The position numbers and the translations under genes were made by a program. A DNA stretch of 64,000 nucleotides from Candidatus Latescibacterota bacterium (GTDB taxonomy: Bacteria; Latescibacterota; UBA2968; GCA-2709665): the NCBI GenBank assembly GCA_965208835.1, contig OZ242358.1, forward strand, positions 1,952,001 to 2,016,000, read 5' to 3'. Under the pieces are notes generated by a model, which saw only the letters and a list, made by a program, of their open reading frames with translations, had not been told where the DNA came from and made no database searches. This document shows positions 39,319 through 47,833 of this stretch, one piece after another (the first letter of the stretch is position 1; every line of letters begins with the position of its first letter).

Positions 39319-40293
39319 ATGAGACGCGCGTTACCGGTTTTCCCGCTGATTCTGTTCGCCCAACTGATTCTCACGGACCAGCTCGTACTGGCGCAGCCGG
39401 GCGTGAGTTGACGCCGCCCCGTGCTCCCGGGCGGGAGAATGCTGCAGGGCAGTCTGATTTCGAAGGACCTTCTGGTTCTGAGCATGAATTACGAATACGA
39501 GTATCTGGGCGATGCGAAGTTCGGTACCGGACCGATACCCAACATCAACCAGGAAGTGACCAGTATGTCAACGGTATCCGTATTCGCAAGTTACGGGGTT
39601 ACGGAATGGTTCGGCGCCGCCGTGGTGCTTCCGTTTCGTTCCATAACCAACGATAAAATTCTCCTTCCAGGTCAGTACGACAACCAGTATCTGGGCGGCG
39701 AGTACGTCCGGCACGCCGCCGGTCTCGGCGACGTCGTTCTGATGTTGAACTTTGCGCCGCCTCTGCCGGAAGCGTTGCCCGGGCTTCTTTTTTCGGCAGG
39801 CGTCAAGCTCGCGAACGGGTCGACCCACGCGGTCGATGAGTACGGCGAGCGGTTCGCCGATCTGCTGCAGGTGGGTTCCGGCAGCATGGACCCCATTCTC
39901 TCTGTAAGTCTTTCACGCTCGTTCGACAATCTGTTCTTCTCCGGTATGCTATTCACCCGCATTATTTCCCGCGAGAATGTATACGGATACAAATATGGAA
40001 ACGAGTTTCAAGGCATCTTTTCCATGGATTATCACCACGGGGACAAGCTCATTGCGGGTCTCGGCCTGAACCACGTTCACACGGCCCGCGATTTTTTCCA
40101 ATATGGAAAGATCGCCCGAAAACGTGGGGGCACCTGGGTTTATCTTGCGCCGAAGCTGGGCGTACGGGCGATGGAGAATCTGAGCCTGGAAGCGAGATTG
40201 CCACTTCCTGTTTACCAGAATGTGAATGAGAGCCAGCTGACTTCCAATTATCAGCTCCACGTTGGCGCCACGTATCACTTTTTCGCCCGGTAG
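39319..40293 (+). CDS. Outer-membrane beta-barrel ('transporter'/MetA-like) protein with in-frame TGA at codon 31; candidate selenoprotein
   Basis: RBS GGAGG, ATG 39319, signal-peptide-like N-terminus, TGA 39409-39411, then the frame continues into the listed 290-aa ORF (GLGDV, GVKLANG, LQVGSGSMD, YKYGNE, terminal YHF). Confidence 0.7.
39412..39450 (+). promoter_or_regulatory. Candidate bacterial SECIS hairpin
   Basis: CTCCC-GGGC-GGGAG apical stem-loop at 39424-39437 plus lower pairing GCCC/GGGC, directly 3' of the TGA. Confidence 0.5.
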
Positions 40294-40328
40294 CAGCGGG
40301 AACGGCTGCACCGCGTGATATCGTCAAA

Positions 40329-41075
40329 TTGCGGGAGGCCGAGTTGCCGCTGAATGAAACCGAGAAGATGTGGGCCGAGCTGGCGCCGTTTTACGACGTC
40401 ATGTATCAGTGGAAGGACTATCGGGCCGAGTCGGAGCGGGTTCATCAGTTGATCCGTTCACATTGTGTGTCGCACGGTAACACACTGCTGGACGTCGCGT
40501 GCGGGACCGGGGGGCATACCCGATATCTGCGGGACCACTACGATATCACCGGCATGGATCTGAATCGGGAAATGTTGAAGGTAGCCCGCAGAAAAATACC
40601 CGGTGTCACATTTCTGTCCCGGGACATGACGTCCTTCAATCTCAAGCGTCGCTTTGACGCGGTCATCTGTCTGTTCAGTTCAATCGCCTACGTCAGGACG
40701 TACCGGAACCTGAAACGGACGATCGCCTGTTTTGCAAGACATCTGAAACCCGGCGGCACTCTGATTATCGAGCCCTTTTTCACGAAAGAGACGTTCGTTG
40801 CAGGATCGATTCACGGAGGCACGCTTGAAGCCGACGGCGTAAAAATCTCCAGGCACAACGTGAGTCGCCGCCGCGGAAACCTTGCCGTCCTCGATTTTCA
40901 TATTCTCCTCTCTACGAAAAAAGGCACCCGGTATTTCCGCGACACCCACGAGATGGCCTTGTTCGACAGGGAGAGATTTCTCGAGATTATGGCGCATGCG
41001 GGTCTGCGGCCGAGGTACAAGGAGAGCGGTCTGATGCCGGGCCGCGGACTCTACGTCTCGCTGAAGGCCGTTTGA
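40329..41075 (+). CDS. Class I SAM-dependent methyltransferase (TylM1-like)
   Basis: YD..Y..KDY..E, LLDVACGTG, FDAVICLFSSIAY, HLKPGG..IIEP. Start uncertain. Confidence 0.85.
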   Translation: MREAELPLNETEKMWAELAPFYDVMYQWKDYRAESERVHQLIRSHCVSHGNTLLDVACGTGGHTRYLRDHYDITGMDLNREMLKVARRKIPGVTFLSRDMTSFNLKRRFDAVICLFSSIAYVRTYRNLKRTIACFARHLKPGGTLIIEPFFTKETFVAGSIHGGTLEADGVKISRHNVSRRRGNLAVLDFHILLSTKKGTRYFRDTHEMALFDRERFLEIMAHAGLRPRYKESGLMPGRGLYVSLKAV

Positions 41076-41338
41076 ACCTCCGGTTCAGGCGCTGATTGCC
41101 CGGAATCGCCTATCGATGTCGATCCATATCCCAACTCGATGATCCTGTATTGACCCGCGGATCCGCCCCGTCCCCATTCGCCCCCGTACCGTTTCCTCCT
41201 TTGAGATCCCGCGTCTTTTCCGTATTATCTGGCGAAATCCCATCCATAATGAATGCGAATCACAGGAACGCCTGCCAGTCGGAGCGCCGCCCCGGGTGAA
41301 GGGGACATTTCCGTGTGCCAAATCAGGAGTGAAACGTA

Positions 41339-42703
41339 ATGGAGCCACATTCGGACAACGGCAATGCAGGGACCGACCGGAATCCGCAGGTTCTGGGCAA
41401 GAATTTCATGTTTCCGCCTCATGTGATCGACGATATACACATAAAGGCGAATCTGGGTCGGTACCGCATGCGCGGCATGGCGCTTTTCAAGGAGATCCCG
41501 TCGTGGGACGACCTGACGTTTCTGCCAGGCACGCTCACCCGGTTCGTCATCGAGGGGTACCGCGAGAAATGCGAAACCAGGACGGTGCTTGGGCCGATGG
41601 CCGAACGGCCGCTGGTGCTGGATATTCCCATTTACGTCACGGGGATGAGTTTCGGCGCGCTGTCTTACGAAGCGAAGGTGGCGCTGGCGAGAGGTGCCAC
41701 AATGGCGGGCACGGCAACCTGTTCCGGAGAAGGCGGAATGCTGCCCGACGAGCGTCGGTATTCGGAGAAGTGGCTGTACCAGTGCATTCAGTCCCGCTAC
41801 GGGTTCAATCCGCACCACATGCGTCTTGCCGACGGCGTGGAGTTTTTCATCGGCCAGGGGTGCAAGGTGGGCCTCGGCGGGCACCTGATGGGCCAGAAGG
41901 TGACGGACCAGGTGGCTGAAATGCGCTCGTTGCCGGCGGGGATCGACCAGCGCTCGCCGGCCAGGCACCCGGATTGGCTGGGTCCCGACGATCTGGCCCT
42001 GAAGATCGAGGAGATTCGGGAAGCCACCAACTGGCAGATACCCATCCAGCTGAAGCTCGGCGCGGCGCGGGTCTACGACGATGTGAGGATGGCCGCCAAG
42101 ACCGGCCCCGACAGCATCTACATGGACGGGATGGAGGGTTCGACGGGGGCGGGCCCCCACCTGGCTACCGAGGAGACGGGCGTGCCGGGTATCGCGGCCA
42201 TCAGGCAGGCCAGAAAGGCGCTGGACGACGTCGGAAAGACCGGGGAGATTACGCTCGTCTATGCGGGAGGCATTCGCAACGGAGCCGACGTGGCCAAGGC
42301 GCTCGCTCTTGGAGCCGACGCGGTAGCCATCGGCACCGCGGCGATGGTGGCGCTGAATTGCAACAAGGATATTCCGGAGGCGGACTACGAGGGAACGGTG
42401 GGCGTTCCTGCGGGATCCTGCTATCATTGCCATACCGGGCTGTGTCCGGTGGGCGTGGCCACCCAGGATCCGGTACTTCGCAGCCGCCTGGACCCGGACG
42501 AGGCGGCAGAACGGGTGTATAATTTCCTGCATACCCTCGCCATCGAATGCCAGATGTTCGCCAGGGCCTGCGGCAAGACCGACGTCCATTCCCTGGAGCC
42601 GGAGGACCTTGCCGCTCTCACGATGGAAGCATCCGCCATGGCGGAGGTGCCGCTTGCCGGCACCCGCTATACGGTGGGGCATCCCGAGATGAACAGGTAT
42701 TGA
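41339..42703 (+). CDS. mgsC: FMN-binding glutamate synthase family protein, probable N-methylglutamate synthase subunit C
   Basis: GMSFGALS, GEGGM, GQGCK.G.GG.L.GQKV, LPAGIDQRS..RHPDWLGPDDL, CYHCHTG.CPVGVATQD, ACGK; methylamine gene context. Confidence 0.8.
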   Translation: MEPHSDNGNAGTDRNPQVLGKNFMFPPHVIDDIHIKANLGRYRMRGMALFKEIPSWDDLTFLPGTLTRFVIEGYREKCETRTVLGPMAERPLVLDIPIYVTGMSFGALSYEAKVALARGATMAGTATCSGEGGMLPDERRYSEKWLYQCIQSRYGFNPHHMRLADGVEFFIGQGCKVGLGGHLMGQKVTDQVAEMRSLPAGIDQRSPARHPDWLGPDDLALKIEEIREATNWQIPIQLKLGAARVYDDVRMAAKTGPDSIYMDGMEGSTGAGPHLATEETGVPGIAAIRQARKALDDVGKTGEITLVYAGGIRNGADVAKALALGADAVAIGTAAMVALNCNKDIPEADYEGTVGVPAGSCYHCHTGLCPVGVATQDPVLRSRLDPDEAAERVYNFLHTLAIECQMFARACGKTDVHSLEPEDLAALTMEASAMAEVPLAGTRYTVGHPEMNRY

Positions 42704-42804
42704 ACGGCGGGAAGACGCAAGTAGGAAGGAAGAAGGAAGAGGACCGCAACGCACACCACCGGTCTTGCGCTCCACTTTCCGGGACACTGAATCAGGAGAA
42801 TCCG

Positions 42805-43221
42805 ATGGACGAAGCCAGAGACGTGAACTACTACCTGAAGTCCACGGGGCTTGACTCGGACCGCGAGAAGGAAATCGGACAGCACATCGGATACCGGTAC
42901 GACGTGAACCTGCCGCCGGACTATGCGCTCCTGACGCCGTTCCTGAAGGGGTACATCGAGGCGATGGGTTGGCGGGACCTGAACTGGCTGGAAGATGTAC
43001 ATATGGGATACGAAGACGGGAAGCCGGCGGTTTTCGACCGGAATATCAACGGCTGGGTGCTGGTGCCCGAAAATATCGCGCTGCCCGACAACCAGCAGGA
43101 ACGGGACATGATTGCGCGGGAACTGCTCGTCAAGTTCCAGATGTCCGAAGAGCATCCCGTCATGGAGCTTGGCGACGCATACGGAATAAAGCTTGAAGGC
43201 GACGGCGGCGCCCACGGGTAG
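42805..43221 (+). CDS. Small acidic hypothetical protein (138 aa)
   Basis: RBS AGGAG before ATG 42805; protein-like composition; lies between mgsC and the flavoprotein gene. Confidence 0.75.
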   Translation: MDEARDVNYYLKSTGLDSDREKEIGQHIGYRYDVNLPPDYALLTPFLKGYIEAMGWRDLNWLEDVHMGYEDGKPAVFDRNINGWVLVPENIALPDNQQERDMIARELLVKFQMSEEHPVMELGDAYGIKLEGDGGAHG

Positions 43222-43263
43222 GGCGCGGTCGTGTGCGGCATCCTGAAGAAACCGGGAGGCGTT

Positions 43264-44658
43264 ATGAGCAAGTCGAAGATGTGGGGCCCGGATGCGTTCT
43301 GGGGTCTGGACTACGACTGGGACCCTCAGTGGGTATTGACGCACGAACAGAAGGCGCTCCAGGAAAGACTGATCGACCTGTGCCGGACGACGCTGCGGGA
43401 TAACGCGGTTGAAAGCGATCGCGAACTCGTGTTTCCGCGGAAGAACTTCGAGGCGCTGGCTTCGCTGGGCCTCCTGGGATTGAACGTGCCCCGGGATTGG
43501 GGAGGCCTGGGAGAAGACCATACGTGTACTGCGATGGTGGTGGAAACGATCGCGCGTTACGGCTGCGCGAGTACTGCAATGTGTTATACCATGCACGTCG
43601 GTGCCGTCGCCGCCGCCATGTTCCGGGCGCACGGCAATCCGACGCTTCAGGACCTCATGAAACGCCTCGACAGAGACGTGCTGGTGGGTACCCTGTCCTA
43701 TTCGGACCCCGAGACGGGATCCCACTTCTGGTATCCGATATCGTCGGGAGCGGAGCGGGTGGATGGCGGCTGGAAGGTGCGCAAGAAGGCATCGTGGACG
43801 ACGTCCGCGGGTTTTGCCGACTGGTACATCGTGCAGACGACGAGTCCGGATTTCGCCGGCGATTATTCGAATCTGTCGTGTTTTCTCGTCATGGCCGACG
43901 AGGTGAAAGCGGAGCCGTCCCTGTGGGACGGCTTGGGTCTGCGCGGGAATCAGTCCGGCACGCTGGAGGTCGATAACGTCACGATGCCGGAGAGCAGGCT
44001 GGTGGGCCCGGTGGGCGACGGGGCGAATTCCAACGACGAGACTGTGGATCCGTTCTTCCTGTTGTGCTCGTCGGCCTGCTGGAACGGAATCTCACTTGGA
44101 ATGATCGATATCGCCAGGCGGCACACCACCGCCAGGAGGCACGCGGACGTGGGCATGCGGGTGGCGGACTATCCCACGATCCAGGATTACGTGGGCGAGG
44201 CCGTGATCGATACAAACACCTCGCGGTCCTTTGTCTACCTGATGGCCCGGGCGATGGACGACGTCACGAATCAGTGCGACTGGTCGATCCACGAGGACCT
44301 CTCCTGCATGCCGAGGGCTGAGGTGCTGCACTGGATGTGGCAGGTGAAGTTCACCGCGGCGAAGAACGTGGCGAACGTCTCCGACAAGATGCTGCACGCC
44401 TGCGGGGGGACGGGGTACAAGCCCGACCTGGGTATCGAACGGTATCTGCGTGACGGAAAGGCTGGATGGGTGATGGGCCCCACGAATGAGGTCCTGCGCC
44501 AGTTTGTGGGCAAGAGCGTGTTGCTGGGGTTCGATTCACTGGACTATTGGAACCAGTCGGTCAACGAACGGATATTGAGGAACGAACTCAAGAAAATGGA
44601 TGGCGATAGCAAGAAGGAACTCGCGCATCAGCTTCTGGCTGAAACCGACGAGGGGTAA
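43264..44658 (+). CDS. Acyl-CoA dehydrogenase-fold flavoprotein
   Basis: LGLLGL.VP..WGGLG, CASTAMCYTMH, SDPETGS, SWTTS, WDGLGLRGNQS, ACGGTGY, IERYLRD. Confidence 0.85.
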   Translation: MSKSKMWGPDAFWGLDYDWDPQWVLTHEQKALQERLIDLCRTTLRDNAVESDRELVFPRKNFEALASLGLLGLNVPRDWGGLGEDHTCTAMVVETIARYGCASTAMCYTMHVGAVAAAMFRAHGNPTLQDLMKRLDRDVLVGTLSYSDPETGSHFWYPISSGAERVDGGWKVRKKASWTTSAGFADWYIVQTTSPDFAGDYSNLSCFLVMADEVKAEPSLWDGLGLRGNQSGTLEVDNVTMPESRLVGPVGDGANSNDETVDPFFLLCSSACWNGISLGMIDIARRHTTARRHADVGMRVADYPTIQDYVGEAVIDTNTSRSFVYLMARAMDDVTNQCDWSIHEDLSCMPRAEVLHWMWQVKFTAAKNVANVSDKMLHACGGTGYKPDLGIERYLRDGKAGWVMGPTNEVLRQFVGKSVLLGFDSLDYWNQSVNERILRNELKKMDGDSKKELAHQLLAETDEG

Positions 44659-44852
44659 CCTTGATTCGTAATTCTTCGTGGACGTTAAATCGTATATGTG
44701 CAAGCTGATAAAGGCGATTTGAAGGCGGATTACCAGGATACACCAGGCCAATGGACGTGCAGGGAAAAAACGTCCTTCTATACGTCGATAACACCCTGTT
44801 TCGGAGGGTTTTATCGCGTCGCCACGTTGCTGTTTTTTCGAATTGAGGGTGA
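44656..44852. mobile_element. MITE-like repeat family D, copy 2
   Basis: TAACCTTGATTCG ... TTTTTTCGAATTGAGGGTGA; shares GATAAAGGCGATT and GCGGATTACCAGGATACACC with the 54468 copy. Confidence 0.65.
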
Positions 44853-47185
44853 TGCCTGAAGACGTCCAAATGACCGGGACGGGACTGCTTAGATGGACGC
44901 CGGGCAGGGAGCGCTATCGGGTGCCGGGCGGTGGGGCGATCGCCCTGGGGCTGGCACAGGGCGACCGGCTGGCGGTCGTCGACGTGGAAGGGCGCCAGCG
45001 CTGCGAACTGGGCGTATTCGGTCCGGACGGCGGCGCCGATCCCTCCCGGCTGGGTCTCCGTGCTGACAGTGCGATGGAGGGTTTCACGGAGGCGCTCCGG
45101 CGCGGGGACGAGAGCGCGCTGGCGGCCCGCGCGGCCCTGCGGCGAAGGGGCATCGACCTCGCGGGCGCCCGGGCGGTACAGGTCTTCGGGGGAGAGACGG
45201 AAGCCGGCGCCGAAACGTGTTTCAACGCCCGGAGAGACGCCGTTTGCGTGATTGCGGCTCCCGGCGGGCCGATGCGGGTGGATGCCCAGGATCCCCCGAC
45301 GGACCTGGAAGTCGTGGTCAGACGCTCGCGCGTGGAAACGCCGGAAAGCCCCCCGCTGCCCGCGCCATTGGGTGACATGCGCCTGGATCTGGAGGTGGAA
45401 AGGGCGTCGGCCATTGCCTACGAGGTAAAGGCCGGAGAGTTCATCCAGGTGATCGACGTCGCCGGGCGCCAGTGTTCCGATTTTCTGGCGTTCGACGCCC
45501 GGCAGCTGCAGCATGGCGTTGAGCGTGGCCTGGATGGGACCACCACGCGGACCCTCATGGGCGCGGCCTATCCCGGTCCGGGCCTCTTTTCGAAGTTTTA
45601 CGACCAGGATATGCAGCCGCTGGTCGAGGTCGTCCGGGATACGGTAGGGCGCCACGATACGTTTGCGCTTGCGTGCACCGCCAAATATTACGAGGATATG
45701 GGTTATCCGGGTCACGTCAACTGTACGGACAACTTCAACGCGGCATTGGACCCGTATACGATTCAGCCCCGGCGCGGCTGGCCAGCCGTCAATTTCTTTT
45801 ACAATACGAGAATCGACGGGAATAACGTCCTGTTTATGGACGAGCCATGGTCTCGTCCGGGCGACCATGTCCTGCTGAAGGCCTTAACGGACCTGGTCTG
45901 TCTGTCGTCCGCGTGTCCGGACGATATCGATCCGGCCAACGGCTGGGAACCAACGGAGATTCAGGTCCGCGTCTACCCTGAACGGTACCGGTTTTCCAGG
46001 GGGATTGCTCACCGGATGACGGCAGACGCCGAGCCCAGGTTGACGAGGGAGACGGCCTTTCATCAGCGCACGTCCTCCCTGACTCGCCATTACGAGGAAT
46101 ACCGCGGGTTCTGGCTTCCCGCGTGTTTTACAGGCAAGGGCGCCGTCGAGGAATATTTCGCCTGCCGCGAGACCGCGGCGGTGATGGACCTGTCCGCGCT
46201 GCGTAAATTCGAGGTCCTCGGGCCGGACGCGGAGGCGTTGCTGCAGTACACGCTGACGCGGGACGTCCGCCGGCTTACTCCGGGGCAGGTGACTTATTCC
46301 GCGATGTGTTACGAAACCGGCGGCATGCTGGACGACGGCACGTTGTTCCGGTTGGGCGCCGAGAATTTCCGGTGGATCTGCGGCGACGATTACGGGGGCA
46401 CGTGGCTGCGCGAGCAGGCGAGTCGGCTCGGGATGCGGGTATGGGTCAGAAACTCGACCGATCAACTCCATAATCTTGCCGTTCAGGGACCCGGAAGCCG
46501 GGATATCCTTCGCAACGTCATCTGGACGCCTCCGTCTCGCCCGTCCCTGGCCGAACTGGGCTGGTTCCGATTCACGGTGGGCCGAATCGGCAATGGAAAC
46601 GGTCCGGCGATTGTCGTATCCAGGACGGGCTATACGGGCGAACTGGGCTACGAGGTATGGTGCCATCCCAACGATGCGCCCGCGGTGCGGGATGCCATCT
46701 GGGAAGCGGGACAGCGGGATGGCCTGAAACCGTTGGGGCTGGAAGCCCTGGACATGCTGCGGATCGAGGCCGGTCTGGCTTTTGCGGGATGCGAGTTTGA
46801 CGACCGGACGGACCCGTTTGAGGCGGGGATCGGCTTCACGGTTCCGCTCAGGCGCAAGAAAGACGACTTTATCGGCAAAGAGGCGCTGATCCGAAGGCGT
46901 TCGCATCCACAACGCGTGCTGGTCGGGCTGGAGGTATCCGGGAATGAACCGGTCGCCACCGGCGACGACGTTTACGACGGGCGCGGCCGCGTTGGCGTGA
47001 TCACGAGCGGCACCCGCTCGCCGATTCTGGGCAGGAATATCGCGCTTTGCCGTATCGCTACCCGGTACGCCGCGGTCGGCGCCGAAGTCGAGGTGGGTAG
47101 GCTGGACGGCCACCAGAAACGTATTGCCGCGCGGGTGGTGCGGTTTCCGTTTTACGATCCGGACAAAACGCGGCTACGTTCCTGA
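44852..47185 (+). CDS. tdm: Trimethylamine-N-oxide demethylase-like protein (DUF1989 + GcvT aminomethyltransferase)
   Basis: GRQCSDF, HDTFALAC, GHVNC.DNFN, SSACPDDID, then DLSALRKFEV.GPDA, DDGTLFR, SRTGYTGELGYE, LRIEAG, FYDP.K.R. Confidence 0.8.
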   Translation: MPEDVQMTGTGLLRWTPGRERYRVPGGGAIALGLAQGDRLAVVDVEGRQRCELGVFGPDGGADPSRLGLRADSAMEGFTEALRRGDESALAARAALRRRGIDLAGARAVQVFGGETEAGAETCFNARRDAVCVIAAPGGPMRVDAQDPPTDLEVVVRRSRVETPESPPLPAPLGDMRLDLEVERASAIAYEVKAGEFIQVIDVAGRQCSDFLAFDARQLQHGVERGLDGTTTRTLMGAAYPGPGLFSKFYDQDMQPLVEVVRDTVGRHDTFALACTAKYYEDMGYPGHVNCTDNFNAALDPYTIQPRRGWPAVNFFYNTRIDGNNVLFMDEPWSRPGDHVLLKALTDLVCLSSACPDDIDPANGWEPTEIQVRVYPERYRFSRGIAHRMTADAEPRLTRETAFHQRTSSLTRHYEEYRGFWLPACFTGKGAVEEYFACRETAAVMDLSALRKFEVLGPDAEALLQYTLTRDVRRLTPGQVTYSAMCYETGGMLDDGTLFRLGAENFRWICGDDYGGTWLREQASRLGMRVWVRNSTDQLHNLAVQGPGSRDILRNVIWTPPSRPSLAELGWFRFTVGRIGNGNGPAIVVSRTGYTGELGYEVWCHPNDAPAVRDAIWEAGQRDGLKPLGLEALDMLRIEAGLAFAGCEFDDRTDPFEAGIGFTVPLRRKKDDFIGKEALIRRRSHPQRVLVGLEVSGNEPVATGDDVYDGRGRVGVITSGTRSPILGRNIALCRIATRYAAVGAEVEVGRLDGHQKRIAARVVRFPFYDPDKTRLRS

Positions 47186-47288
47186 TTACAGCTTCCAGGA
47201 TCCGCAATGCTTCTCCCGCCGACGTCGTACCCACGATAGTGCCCTGAAGCTTCGCGTTGGACGGCGCTCTCATTGAGAGGGTATCGGA

Positions 47289-47780
47289 ATGGCCTTCGAC
47301 CCGATGGAGCAACGTCGGATTATGGGTTGTTTTGCAACCGGCGTCACCGTTGTCACCACGGTTGCAGGCGGCGAATACAGGGGAATGACAGCCAATGCCG
47401 TGACCTCGCTTTCGCTTGATCCCCCTCTGGTCATGGTATCCGTTGACAAGGGGGCGCAGATGCACGCCCATTTGACGGAAAGCCGGTATTTCGCATTGAA
47501 TATCCTCAGCGAGGATCAGGAAGCGGTTTCAACGCAGTTTGCCAGACCGGGTCCCAAGGACTTCTCGAACGTGGCCACGACGACGGTCCGGACCGGTGCC
47601 CCCGTCCTCACGGACGCACTGGGCCACGTGGAATGTCTGCTGGCCGACGTGTTGCAGGCCGGCGACCACGATATTTTCGTTGGCAAAATTGTTGCGGGCG
47701 ATGCGGGTTCAGGTCGTCCGCTTCTGTTTTACCAGGGAGAGTATCGCCGGATTTCGGACGGAACCGCTTCTCAGATCTGA
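47289..47780 (+). CDS. Flavin reductase (HpaC/DszD-like)
   Basis: FATGVTVVTT, GMTANAVTSLSLDPPL, FALNIL, GDHDIFVG, PLLFY.G.Y. Confidence 0.92.
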   Translation: MAFDPMEQRRIMGCFATGVTVVTTVAGGEYRGMTANAVTSLSLDPPLVMVSVDKGAQMHAHLTESRYFALNILSEDQEAVSTQFARPGPKDFSNVATTTVRTGAPVLTDALGHVECLLADVLQAGDHDIFVGKIVAGDAGSGRPLLFYQGEYRRISDGTASQI

Positions 47781-47833
47781 CGGACACCTGTCGCGGAGTC
47801 GCGCATTCTTCAGGTTCAATACGGAGGGATTAA

